In this document: positions 38,583 to 49,705 of the stretch, piece by piece
Layout: every line of letters starts with the position of its first letter
How positions within the stretch are numbered: position 1 is the stretch's first letter
Assembly: GCA_050015075.1 (NCBI GenBank)
Contig: JBEKCB010000015.1
Coordinates: forward strand, 1 to 64,000
Length of the DNA stretch: 64,000 nucleotides
DNA from: Candidatus Brocadiia bacterium
GTDB taxonomy: Bacteria > Planctomycetota > Brocadiia > CAIUPP01
Reading direction: 5' to 3'
Made by a program: the position numbers and the translations under genes
Notes under the pieces: model-generated
What the model saw: the letters and a program-made list of their open reading frames with translations, nothing else
What the model was told of the DNA's origin: nothing
Database searches by the model: none

Positions 38583-40208
38583 CTATCGCACGACGCCCTC
38601 GGCGGGCGCGGCTTCTTTGTCTTCCTCTTCCTTGATCTCGGTGACGATGGTCTCGGTCGTGAGCAGCAGGCCGGCGAGGCTGGCGGCGTTCTGAAGGGCC
38701 TGTTTGCAGACCTTGGTCGGGTCTATGATGCCGGCCTTGATCATGTCCACGTACTCGCCGACGTTGGCGTCGAAGCCGACGGTCGGCGGCTTCTCCTTGA
38801 CCTCGGCGGCGACGACGGAGCCGTCCACGCCGGAATTTTTGGCGATCTGGCGGATGGGCGCTTCGAGGGCGCGGGCGATGATGTCCACACCGGCCTTTTC
38901 GTCGCCGCGAAGTTTCTCGCGGATGGCTTCGACGGCAGGGATGGCGCGCAGGTACGCCAGGCCGCCGCCGGCGACGATGCCTTCCTCGACGGCTGCGCGG
39001 GTGGCGTGAAGGGCGTCCTCGACGCGGGCTTTCTTCTCGAGCATGGCCGCTTCCGTGGCGGCGCCGACCCGGACGATGGCCACTCCGCCGGAGAGCTTGG
39101 CGAGCCGCTCCTGGAGCTTTTCGCGGTCGTAATCGCTGGTCGTGGTGTCGGCCTGCTTCTTGATCTGGGCGATGCGGTCCTGGATGGCGGATTTCTTTCC
39201 GGCGCCCTGGATCAGAGTAGTGTTGTCCTTGTCCACGGTGACTTTGCCGGCTTTACCGAGGTCGGAGAGCGCGATGTTCTCGAGCTTGACGCCGAGGTCC
39301 TCGGTGAAGCACTGGCCGCCGGTGAGGACGGCCATGTCCTGGAGCATGGCTTTGCGGCGATCGCCGAAGCCGGGGGCTTTGACGGCGCAGCAGTTGAGGA
39401 CGCCGCGGAGTTTGTTGATGACGAGCGCGGCAAGGGCTTCGCTCTCGACGTCCTCGGCGATGATCAGGAGCGGCTTGCCGGAGGAGGCGACTTTTTCGAG
39501 GAGCGGGAGCATTTCGCGCAGGTTGCCGAGCTTCTTTTCGTGGATGAGGATGAGGCAGTCCTCGAGGACGGCTTCGCGGGTCTGCGGCTTGTTGATGAAG
39601 TAGGGGCTGATGAAGCCGCGGTCGAACTGCATGCCCTCGACGACTTCGAGGGCGGTCTCGATGCCCTTGCCCTCTTCGACGGTGATGACGCCGTCCTTGC
39701 CGACTTTATCCATGGCGTCGGCGAGGAGCTTGCCGATGGAGGCGTCGTTGTTGGCCGAGATGGCGCCGACCTTGGCGATGTCATCCGCGCCCTTGACGGG
39801 GCGGCTGAATTTTTCCATGCTCTCGACGGCGGCGGCGACGGCTTTATCCACGCCGCGCTTGAGAGCGAGCGGGTTGGCGCCGGCGGCGACGAGTTTGAAT
39901 CCTTCCTCGACGATGGACTCGGCCAGGACGGTCGCGGTGGTGGTGCCGTCGCCGGCCTTGTCGCTGGTGCGCGAGGCGACTTCTTTGATGAGCTTGGCGC
40001 CCATGTTCTCGAAGGGGTCTTTGAGCTCGACTTCCTTCGCGACGGTGACGCCGTCTTTGGTGACGCGGGGCGAACCGAAGGAGCGTTCGAAGATGACGTT
40101 ATGACCGGTGGGGCCGAGCGTCACCTTGACGGTTTCGGCCATCTGCCGGACGCCCTTGAGGAGCTTCTTCCGGCCGTCCTCGCCGTACATCAGTTGCTTG
40201 ACCGCCAT
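38583..40208 (-). CDS. groL: chaperonin GroEL (paralog with acidic tail)
   Basis: [48 protein letters not shown]. Confidence 0.97.
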   Translation of the reverse strand: MAVKQLMYGEDGRKKLLKGVRQMAETVKVTLGPTGHNVIFERSFGSPRVTKDGVTVAKEVELKDPFENMGAKLIKEVASRTSDKAGDGTTTATVLAESIVEEGFKLVAAGANPLALKRGVDKAVAAAVESMEKFSRPVKGADDIAKVGAISANNDASIGKLLADAMDKVGKDGVITVEEGKGIETALEVVEGMQFDRGFISPYFINKPQTREAVLEDCLILIHEKKLGNLREMLPLLEKVASSGKPLLIIAEDVESEALAALVINKLRGVLNCCAVKAPGFGDRRKAMLQDMAVLTGGQCFTEDLGVKLENIALSDLGKAGKVTVDKDNTTLIQGAGKKSAIQDRIAQIKKQADTTTSDYDREKLQERLAKLSGGVAIVRVGAATEAAMLEKKARVEDALHATRAAVEEGIVAGGGLAYLRAIPAVEAIREKLRGDEKAGVDIIARALEAPIRQIAKNSGVDGSVVAAEVKEKPPTVGFDANVGEYVDMIKAGIIDPTKVCKQALQNAASLAGLLLTTETIVTEIKEEEDKEAAPAEGVVR

Positions 40209-40286
40209 TGCTATCTCCTTTTAGGTGAGCAAGCTGAATGATGATTGGGAAAGTGCATCCGCGATCATCATTCGCAACTCGCGCTT

Positions 40287-40574
40287 CTATTCGACCTTCG
40301 CGAGAACGTCGGATTCGCGCATGATCAGGTATTCCTTCTCGCCGACCTTGACATCGCTGCCGCCGTACTTGGCGTAGAGGACGATGTCGCCCTTCTTGAC
40401 GGAAGGGGTGGCGCGCTTGCCGTCATCGAGCAGCTTGCCGGGGCCGACGGCGACGACTTTGCCCTTCTGGGGTTTTTCCTTGGCGGTGTCCGGGATGAGG
40501 ATTCCGCCGGCGGTCTTCTCTTCGGCTTCCATCGGCTCGACAACGATGCGGTCATCCAGCGGGTGAATATTCAT
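40287..40574 (-). CDS. groS: co-chaperonin GroES
   Basis: [34 protein letters not shown]. Confidence 0.97.
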   Translation of the reverse strand: MNIHPLDDRIVVEPMEAEEKTAGGILIPDTAKEKPQKGKVVAVGPGKLLDDGKRATPSVKKGDIVLYAKYGGSDVKVGEKEYLIMRESDVLAKVE

Positions 40575-40667
40575 CGGTCGCCTCCATTCTGAAAGAAATA
40601 TCCGGTGCGGCTGACGGGCCATGAAGAACTTGCTTCGTCACCCATCAATCTTCCTTCCGCCTCCCGG

Positions 40668-42374
<1,707 letters not shown>

Positions 42375-42560
42375 CTAACCGAGACAACTAAGCTTTAAGT
42401 CATTGCATAACTGCATGTTACGATAAGTATGCCTCAAGACTATGTCGTGCCTGGCCTTACGATAAATTGGGTTCGTTTTTTCAAGACAGCCGCGGTACCT
42501 ACTGGCGGAACGCGCACAGAAAGAAAGCGTCCGCCTAGAACCCTGCTTGAGCTACCATAT

Positions 42561-42576
42561 AGCAATAGCTATGCCG
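42561..42576 (-). promoter_or_regulatory. sigma54 (-24/-12) promoter of groEL-groES-groEL
   Basis: Minus strand CGGCATAGCTATTGCT = GG-N10-GC. Confidence 0.7.
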
Positions 42577-42641
42577 AGAACGCCTACGAACGTAAACCCT
42601 GTCTGCAAAGCCAGTTACCTATTTGGAGGAGAAGCCTGCTG

Positions 42642-42690
42642 CTGCCATTCTGACAGGTAATTCGGAGAGTGCGGGCTGTCAAATTGACAG
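42642..42690. promoter_or_regulatory. two palindromic upstream activator-like sites
   Basis: CTGCCAttcTGACAG (42642-42656) and CTGTCAaatTGACAG (42676-42690). Confidence 0.6.
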
Positions 42691-42755
42691 AAACGAGGCG
42701 CAAGTGAAGGGTAGAGTCGCGGCGGGCTGCACTTACCTGGCGCGATCTCCAGCAA

Positions 42756-43763
42756 TCAGTGCTTCTCTGGCGGCGTCGGTCTGGAGGTTCGCGGCGTGAC
42801 CATGATGACCGTGGGAACGTAGATCAACTGCGGCACAGAAAACCATCCGTCGCTGGCCGGCAGCCAGTCCGAGCTGTACTGCCAGGTATTCTGCTGCGGC
42901 GCGTAGGAGGAGGGCGGGCCGGTCTGCGGCTGGCCGAGCGGCGGCGAGCCGGTCGGCGGCGAAATCGGTTGGACATCCAGCACATTCGCCGGCGGCGTGG
43001 CCGGCTGCGGCTGCTCTTCCGATGGAGCGGGCTGCTGCACAGGTGGTTTGGGCGCCATCAGGCGCCTGAGCTCCGTCAGCAGGTCGCGGCGTGCCAGGAC
43101 CCGCTTCTCCGCTGCCTGCGCCTGCGCCAGCGCTTTGCGCTGCCGGGCCACGGGAGGCGCGTCAAGGGTGGTGTTGGCCGAGGCCTTGATCAAGGCTTCG
43201 GTCGCGGCTTCGATACGCGCCGCGGCCGCCGTTGCCTTGGCTTCGTTCTCGCTGAGCTTCAGGGAAAGGACCGCGCGCGCGTCGTCGCCGAGGGAGAGCA
43301 ACTCGTCGAGGACCGGCTGGCGTTGCGCCTTCTCGATCCGATGGATGATGATCAGCGCCATCGTCGCAGCATATGCGTCGGCGGTCAGTCCCTCGCCGGT
43401 CGCGGTCTCCGCCGGCGCGGTCGCGGCCAGCCGGCGAAGTTCGCCCAGCGCCGCCGGGCCGATCTCAAGAAACCGCTCGATAGCGCTTTGCCCCTTCATC
43501 GCCTGCTCCGACTTGAGCAGGGTCATCGCCGAGTCAAGGGCGCGCTTCTGTTGGGGCGTCGGCTCCTGCTCGGCGATCGGCTGCACGTACTTCTCAATGA
43601 GCGCCGCCGCCTGACGGAGCGCCGCCGGTGTGAGGTCCGTCCGGTTCAATTGCGGCGCCTGCGTTCCCGGACCTTCCGCACCGGCGACCTGCACGGCGAT
43701 CAGTGTTATGCCGACAGCCCACGCCGCCATTGTGCCGCTGATTTTGCTGAATACACTTGCCAT
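42756..43763 (-). CDS. exported helical protein with Pro/Gln-rich C-terminus
   Basis: Signal peptide, Ala-rich helices, Pro-rich tail, GGAGG RBS. Confidence 0.6.
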   Translation of the reverse strand: MASVFSKISGTMAAWAVGITLIAVQVAGAEGPGTQAPQLNRTDLTPAALRQAAALIEKYVQPIAEQEPTPQQKRALDSAMTLLKSEQAMKGQSAIERFLEIGPAALGELRRLAATAPAETATGEGLTADAYAATMALIIIHRIEKAQRQPVLDELLSLGDDARAVLSLKLSENEAKATAAAARIEAATEALIKASANTTLDAPPVARQRKALAQAQAAEKRVLARRDLLTELRRLMAPKPPVQQPAPSEEQPQPATPPANVLDVQPISPPTGSPPLGQPQTGPPSSYAPQQNTWQYSSDWLPASDGWFSVPQLIYVPTVIMVTPRTSRPTPPEKH

Positions 43764-43961
43764 GGGTAGATTCCTCCGCAGGCATTGTACCTCACGAGCG
43801 CGACGGCCGCAATGACCTCACGCCGCAATCGTTCGCGGCCCGGGCGCGCTTGCTGATGCATCGTGTCGTCCTGCGCGGTATAATGAAGTGTGCGAAGGGC
43901 CTCACGGCCGCCGAGAGCCGCAGGAGGCTGCGAGGCCTGGATCCGTGTAAGTGAGCCGGCA

Positions 43962-44321
43962 ATGAAACTCTCTGAACTGGCCGACAAGCTCGGCGCGCAG
44001 ATCGTCGCCAACGTTGAGAGGGCCGACGAGGCGCAGGTCGAGCGCTTTCACGTCTCCGACCGGATCAGCGACCTGCTCAATTCCGGCTCCGATGAGACCC
44101 TGCTCGTCACCGGCCTGGTCAACATGCACCTGGCGCGTGTGGCGGAATTGATGGACGCGCCCGGGATCTGCCTGCTCGACGGAATCGCTCCGGACGCGCC
44201 GCTGCTCGAAGCGGCCTTGCGGCGCGGCATTGTACTGATGATCTCGGAGTCCGGCCGCGAAGAGACCGCCGGACTGCTCCGCGCCTGTCTCCTCGAAGAG
44301 TTGTGCGAAGAAGCGGATTAG
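43962..44321 (+). CDS. DRTGG domain protein
   Basis: MKLSELADKLG...HVSDRISDLL...LLVTGL..HLARVAELMD. Confidence 0.8.
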   Translation: MKLSELADKLGAQIVANVERADEAQVERFHVSDRISDLLNSGSDETLLVTGLVNMHLARVAELMDAPGICLLDGIAPDAPLLEAALRRGIVLMISESGREETAGLLRACLLEELCEEAD

Positions 44322-44358
44322 CCTTTCTTGAGTTTTCTCAGATGAGAAAAACGCGAAA

Positions 44359-45966
44359 ATGAAGAGCTGCTCGTACCGGATTTCCGGCGGCGATTATGCC
44401 AACGCGGGCGCCGCTTCGAGCGACCTGAAGGCGGTGCTCAAGCGCATCGGCGTCGAGCCGGCGGCCATCCGCCGCACGATTATCGCGGCGTACGAGGCGG
44501 AGACGAACGTCGTCATTCACGCCTTGCGCGGCGAGATGCGCGTGACCATCGGGCCGGGACAGATTGACGTTGAGGTGGACGACGACGGCCCCGGAATCCC
44601 CGACATAGCGCAGGCGATGAAGGAGGGCTTCTCCACCGCGCCGGCGGCGGCGCGCGAGCTGGGCTTCGGCGCGGGAATGGGGTTGCCGAACATCAGGAAG
44701 AGCAGCGACCGTTTCGTGCTCGAGTCCACCGTCGGCCAGGGCACGCGGCTGCGATTCACGGTGCATCTGAAAGCGCACGCGGTCGCCGCCGCGGCCGGGA
44801 ACGGCATGAGGATTTCGCCGGAGCGCTGCACCGGCTGTCTGCGCTGCCTGCGCGTCTGCCCGACTCAGGCGCTGCGCGTGCGGCGCGGCACAAATGCGCC
44901 GGCGATCCTCGAACATCTCTGCATCAACTGCGCCGAGTGCATCGCCGCGTGCGCGTCCGGCGCGCTGGCGATGAGCGCCGCTGCGGAGTTGCCCGATCCG
45001 AAAGGGCGCTCGCTCCTGATCCCGTCCTCATTCCTGTACCAGTTCGGCGCGGGAATCGGGCCGGAGAGCGTGCGGCGGGCGCTGACGGAGCTGGGTTTCG
45101 CCGAGGTGCGCGAACTCGGCCCATGGCACGAAGCGCTGCGCCGCGCGACGGAGCAGTACGCGGCGCATTCGAAGGCGCTGCCGGTCATTTCGCCCGCGTG
45201 CCTGGCGGTGGTCAACCTGATCGAGATGCGTTTCCCGTCGCTCATCCGCAACCTGGCGCCGTTCCTCTCGCCGATCGAAGCCGCCTGCCGCGATTGGGCT
45301 GCGGAGGGGAAATCCGTCATGGTCGCCTCCTGCCCGGCCGAACGCGCCGCGCTTCTCTTGCGTCCGGCGACGGAGCGCCTGGAAGCGGATATCATCCCGC
45401 CGGCGCTTCTGGCCCAGAAAGTCATGCCGCTGGTCGCGGCGAAGCGCGGAGCGGAAAGTTCATCGGCGTCGTTGGAACTGAAGAACGGCAATTCGAGGAC
45501 GACGTCGAAGACGAGGACGACGACGAGGACGAGTACGAAGGAAGGGGTGCTCGAGGTGACCGGCATCCGCCACGTGGTGCGCGTGCTGGAAGAGGTCGAG
45601 AACGGGCTGCTGCCGGACGTGCGCGTGCTTGAACTCTTTGCCTGCGAGCAGGGCTGCTTCGGCTCGCCGCTGCTGAAGGAGGATGCGTTTATTTCGAGGC
45701 ATCGCGCTCGTTCAGGGACCGCCGCGGAGGAGGCCAGGGCCGTGCGGCGGGAGAAGCCGTTCACCGCGCGCGCCGGGCTGCGCCTTGACGAGGACATGGC
45801 GAAGGCGATGGCGAAGCTCTCGGAGATCGAGAGACTCCGGCGGACACTTCCCGGCAAAGACTGCGCCCTCTGCGGAGCGCCGACCTGCGACGCGCTGGCG
45901 GAAGACGTGGTCCTCGGAAGGACCGCCTGTTCAATTTCCGATTGCCGAACGCTGACGAAAAAGTGA
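44359..45966 (+). CDS. RsbT-like Ser/Thr kinase fused to 2x[4Fe-4S], [FeFe]-hydrogenase-like and FeS domains
   Basis: YEAETNVVIH, DDGPGIPDI..AMKEGFST, GAGMGLPNI; CTGCLRCLRVCP, CINCAECIAAC; ISPACLAV, ASCPAE, ELFACEQGCFGSP; LPGKDCALCGAPTC. Confidence 0.85.
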   Translation: MKSCSYRISGGDYANAGAASSDLKAVLKRIGVEPAAIRRTIIAAYEAETNVVIHALRGEMRVTIGPGQIDVEVDDDGPGIPDIAQAMKEGFSTAPAAARELGFGAGMGLPNIRKSSDRFVLESTVGQGTRLRFTVHLKAHAVAAAAGNGMRISPERCTGCLRCLRVCPTQALRVRRGTNAPAILEHLCINCAECIAACASGALAMSAAAELPDPKGRSLLIPSSFLYQFGAGIGPESVRRALTELGFAEVRELGPWHEALRRATEQYAAHSKALPVISPACLAVVNLIEMRFPSLIRNLAPFLSPIEAACRDWAAEGKSVMVASCPAERAALLLRPATERLEADIIPPALLAQKVMPLVAAKRGAESSSASLELKNGNSRTTSKTRTTTRTSTKEGVLEVTGIRHVVRVLEEVENGLLPDVRVLELFACEQGCFGSPLLKEDAFISRHRARSGTAAEEARAVRREKPFTARAGLRLDEDMAKAMAKLSEIERLRRTLPGKDCALCGAPTCDALAEDVVLGRTACSISDCRTLTKK

Positions 45967-46036
45967 AAACGAACGGAAAATGGCGGCCAGCCGCGCACCA
46001 CGTGGGCGAAGCCGATCCGCGTGAATTGAGGGCGGC

Positions 46037-47353
46037 ATGACGGACCAGGCACAACGCGATGAAGCGTTGCACCAAATGGGAGTGGCAGCCGGCAAGAGCC
46101 GGCGAGGAAAAGGCCGACAAACCATTGCTCTCACGGTGCTGATGTTTCTTCCGCCGTTGGTATTCAGCATCTGGGCGGCCTTGGTCACGAAAGTGCCGCC
46201 GCTGCCGCTTGCTATCGGCAACGAGCGAGTTATTTTCGTGGACTGTAATCCGGACAGTGGGCTCGACATGTCTTTAAGCCCGGATGGCCGGAGCCTTCTC
46301 TATGGGATGGAGGAATGGGAGCCAAGCCTTTCAACGTTTGAAGTGCCAGGCACTTCCATTATGATACCGACTGCGGACAATCTTGTCTGGAATACATTTC
46401 TGTTCGACCTGGAAACCGGCGAGAATGTCAAATTGCCCTTCCCTCATCAGTGGACGGCTGTCTTTGTTCATGATTTCGATAGCGGAAACACTTACAGGCA
46501 GCCGAGAACCGAGCACTTTACGCCGGACGGAAAGTATGTTCACGCCACCGATCCGCTCGAGGGAGGCGCCTCATCAAAAGTGTTAATCTACAACATCGGA
46601 AGTCACGCGTTGCTCTCGGTTGAGGTCGGACCCTATTATTCCTTTGTCTGCGACGATCGGGGTGAAAACCTGTTGGTGAATCGCAATGCGTTTCAAACTG
46701 AAGTTACGGTCGTCCCCATATTCGGCGGCGCCGTGGAGAAGTTCTCCGCCGCGGGACCTGTGTGCGGAGCATCCCGCAAAGACCGCGCTATCATTTTTTG
46801 CTTTTCCTATGCTTTTGGCGTCGTTCAAAATCAATTATTCCTCGTGGACCTCGTTCAAGCGAAGACCCTAAAGAGCCTGCACTGGCGCCGAGGTATGGCA
46901 GGTATGTCTCCGATTTATCCGGAGCCGTTCTATGCGGCTAATGAACGTTTTCTCTGTTGTAACGAATGTTACTGTCCGGAGGGCTTGTTTGCAGCGATTC
47001 GCAACCAGTTCTCCAACCTTGTGAGGTTTATCCCACCAAGTCCTGCTTCTAAGAAGCCGGTGATAAGTTCAGCCTGCTTTTGGGACAGCATCGAAGACAG
47101 AGTGTTCGCGTTGGACAATGCCATCGCGCTCGCACCCGGCCCATCCTTCGGCACCGTGCTGATCGCGGATGGCGAAATGAAGAACCTGCGCGTGTTGGAC
47201 CTGATTGATGGAACGACATACGCATCGGAATCGCATGACGGCGACTCCGTTGCCTGCGCGCGCGGAAAGTATATAGTGTTTGAGACGAAGGACGAAAACG
47301 GTCAGCGAAAGTACACACTGACCGAAATTGGCATTCCTGGGCGAATGGATTGA
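46037..47353 (+). CDS. membrane-anchored hypothetical beta-propeller-like protein, AT-richer than host
   Basis: One TM; LSPDGRSLLY and FTPDGKYV blade-like motifs. Confidence 0.6.
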   Translation: MTDQAQRDEALHQMGVAAGKSRRGKGRQTIALTVLMFLPPLVFSIWAALVTKVPPLPLAIGNERVIFVDCNPDSGLDMSLSPDGRSLLYGMEEWEPSLSTFEVPGTSIMIPTADNLVWNTFLFDLETGENVKLPFPHQWTAVFVHDFDSGNTYRQPRTEHFTPDGKYVHATDPLEGGASSKVLIYNIGSHALLSVEVGPYYSFVCDDRGENLLVNRNAFQTEVTVVPIFGGAVEKFSAAGPVCGASRKDRAIIFCFSYAFGVVQNQLFLVDLVQAKTLKSLHWRRGMAGMSPIYPEPFYAANERFLCCNECYCPEGLFAAIRNQFSNLVRFIPPSPASKKPVISSACFWDSIEDRVFALDNAIALAPGPSFGTVLIADGEMKNLRVLDLIDGTTYASESHDGDSVACARGKYIVFETKDENGQRKYTLTEIGIPGRMD

Positions 47354-47387
47354 ACGGTGTTATGCCCGATCCGCGATGGAGGAAAAA

Positions 47388-47744
47388 GTGAAACTCAAAG
47401 AGATCGCGCGCAGGCTTGACCTGGAATGCCTGACGCCGGAACTGAAATCCGAGGCGGAGGCGGACGTGACGCGCGGGTATGTGTCGGACCTGCTGAGCGA
47501 CGTGCTGGCCAATGCGCCGCAGGGCGGCGTGCTGGTGACGGTGCAGGTGCACATGAACGTCCTGGCGGTCTGCCTGAACGCGGAAGTCGCCGGCGTGATC
47601 TTCGCGCACGGGCGGACGCCCGACGAGGCCGTGCGAAAAAGAGCCGTCGAGGAGCGCATGCCGCTCTACCTTTCGCGCGAGCCCGCGTTCCACGTCGTCG
47701 GCAAGCTCGTGGAGCTGGGCGTGACGGGCGCGGCTTCAAAATAG
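47388..47744 (+). CDS. DRTGG domain protein
   Basis: GYVSDLLSDVLA, VTVQVHMNVLAV; GGAGGA RBS before GTG. Confidence 0.85.
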   Translation: MKLKEIARRLDLECLTPELKSEAEADVTRGYVSDLLSDVLANAPQGGVLVTVQVHMNVLAVCLNAEVAGVIFAHGRTPDEAVRKRAVEERMPLYLSREPAFHVVGKLVELGVTGAASK

Positions 47745-47793
47745 ATGCAGTTTCACCGCCGGCCGCCCGGTCAATCGTCGTGAAAAGAGTCCG

Positions 47794-48510
47794 ATGGAAA
47801 TCAGGGCCGACCTGCACATTCATACCGCACTCTCGCCGTGCGCGGCGCCGGAGATGACGCCTCCGGCGATCGTCGCGGCCGCGGTTGAATGCGGGCTGAC
47901 GATGATTGCAATCTGCGACCACAACAGCGCCGGAAACGTGGAGGCGACGCAGCAGGCGGCGGGGAACTCGCTGGCGGTGATCGCGGGGATGGAAATTATG
48001 TCGTCCGAGGAAGCGCACGTCGTCGGGCTCTTCCCGGACGCGCCATCGGCCTGCGCGGCGGGCGCGGAAGTGGCGGCGACGCTGCCGAACTTGAAATCCC
48101 GGAAGCCGCGTCCGGACCGCATCGAGCAAAGGCTGATGGACTCAGCCGGGCGCGTGATCGGTATGGAGCCGAAGATGCTGGCGGCGGCCTCGCGATTCAC
48201 GCTGTCCGAGACGGTGCATCTCATTCACCGGCACGGCGGCCTGGTCATCGCCGCGCATCTGAACCGGCCGTCCTTCAGCGTGATCAGCCAGTTGGGCCTG
48301 TTCCCGGAAGACGCGGGATTCGACGCGGTCGAGATTTTCGAGAGCCCGATGTTTCCGCCCGTCGCGAAGCCCGCGACGTATGGATTGCCGGTGCTGCGTT
48401 CGTCCGACAGCCACGATCTCCTCCAGATCGGCTCGGTCTGGACCGCGCTGGAACTGCGCCGCCCGGTTTTCGACGAGTTGGTCCTCGCGCTACGGCGAAC
48501 AGCCGTGTGA
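47794..48510 (+). CDS. PHP domain phosphoesterase
   Basis: DLHIHTALSPC, ICDHNS, GMEI, AAHL, SSDSH. Confidence 0.9.
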   Translation: MEIRADLHIHTALSPCAAPEMTPPAIVAAAVECGLTMIAICDHNSAGNVEATQQAAGNSLAVIAGMEIMSSEEAHVVGLFPDAPSACAAGAEVAATLPNLKSRKPRPDRIEQRLMDSAGRVIGMEPKMLAAASRFTLSETVHLIHRHGGLVIAAHLNRPSFSVISQLGLFPEDAGFDAVEIFESPMFPPVAKPATYGLPVLRSSDSHDLLQIGSVWTALELRRPVFDELVLALRRTAV

Positions 48511-48537
48511 TTACGATATCCTCTCCGGAGGTCGCGA

Positions 48538-49083
48538 ATGCGGGATTTGTCGCTGCACGTGCTGGACCTGATGGAGAACTCCATTCGCGCCGGCGCATCG
48601 GTGATCTCGGTGACGGTGCGGCAGGATTCGGCGCGCAACCGGCTCAGGATCGTCGTTGCCGACAATGGGCCGGGGCTCGCGGTGCCGGCGAAGGTCGCCA
48701 CCGATCCGTTCTTCACGACGAAGCGCGGCAAGCGCACCGGACTCGGGCTGAGCCTTTTCGCTGCGGCGGCCGAGCGCGCCTCCGGAAAATTGGCGCTGCG
48801 AAAGTCGCGGCTGGGCGGCTTGTCCGTCGAAGCGACGATGCAGCTCGACCACGTGGACCGCGCACCGCTGGGCGATCTCGCCACCACCCTGGCGACAGTC
48901 GCAGCGGCCAATCCACGACTGGAGATCCGCTGCCTGCTCTCGGCCGGAAAACGGCGCCGGGAAGTGCGTTTCAGCCGGGGAAATCGAGCGTTTTCCGCGT
49001 CGGGGCCGGACGGGCTTTCACGCGCCGGCGCGCTGGCGGACGCAGTGCGGAAAGGGATTGCGCAAGCCGGGGTTTTGTGCTAA
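48538..49083 (+). CDS. HATPase_c (histidine kinase-like ATPase) protein
   Basis: DLSLHVLDLMENSIRAGA, DNGPG, DPFFTTK, GLGL, HVDRAPLGDL. Confidence 0.85.
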   Translation: MRDLSLHVLDLMENSIRAGASVISVTVRQDSARNRLRIVVADNGPGLAVPAKVATDPFFTTKRGKRTGLGLSLFAAAAERASGKLALRKSRLGGLSVEATMQLDHVDRAPLGDLATTLATVAAANPRLEIRCLLSAGKRRREVRFSRGNRAFSASGPDGLSRAGALADAVRKGIAQAGVLC

Positions 49084-49130
49084 CATCAATGTTTCCTGCC
49101 CGTGCCTCTGGGAGCATCGAAGGAGAGAAG

Positions 49131-49694
49131 ATGAGCGAGCAAACTGTCGCCTGCGCCTGCGGCGCGGAAGCCACGGAAGAGCAGCTTCTGGCGCGGCTGG
49201 ACGACGTGCTGAAGGAATACCGCGATCGGCCCGGCGCGTTGATCCCGGTGCTGCAAATCGCGCAGGGCATTTTCGGCGGCTACCTGCCGGAATCGGCCCT
49301 GAAGCGGATCAGCCTGCGCCTGGACAAGACCTACAGCGAGGTCGCCGGCGTGGTGACTTTCTATTCGTTCTTCTCGACCGTGCCGCGCGGCAAGCACCTC
49401 GTGCGCGTGTGCCTCGGGACGGCGTGCTACGTCCGCGGCGGGCGGCGCGTGCTCGACGCGATGAAGCAGAAGCTCGGGATCGACGTCGGCCAGACGACGC
49501 CGGACCGCCAGTTCACCCTCGAGGTCGCCCGCTGCTTCGGCGCCTGCGGCCTGGCGCCGGCGGTGATGATTGACGAAGAAGTCCACCAGCGCGTGAAGCC
49601 GAACAAGCTGAACGATCTGCTGGAACCTTATCGCGACGGCGACAGGACCGAGGTCAAGCCGCGGACGAACGTCGAAGAGAAAACAATTCGCTAA
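49131..49694 (+). CDS. hydrogenase NuoE-like [2Fe-2S] subunit (HydC/HndA)
   Basis: LIPVLQ, GVVTFYSFF, VCLGTACYV, RCFGACGLAP. Confidence 0.93.
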   Translation: MSEQTVACACGAEATEEQLLARLDDVLKEYRDRPGALIPVLQIAQGIFGGYLPESALKRISLRLDKTYSEVAGVVTFYSFFSTVPRGKHLVRVCLGTACYVRGGRRVLDAMKQKLGIDVGQTTPDRQFTLEVARCFGACGLAPAVMIDEEVHQRVKPNKLNDLLEPYRDGDRTEVKPRTNVEEKTIR

Positions 49695-49705
49695 GGGAGC
49701 CAGAC

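Noticed and set aside
43885-43908. Rex/CRP-like box upstream of the hydrogenase cluster
   Set aside because: TGTGC-N8-TCACG has the wrong spacing and mismatched half-sites
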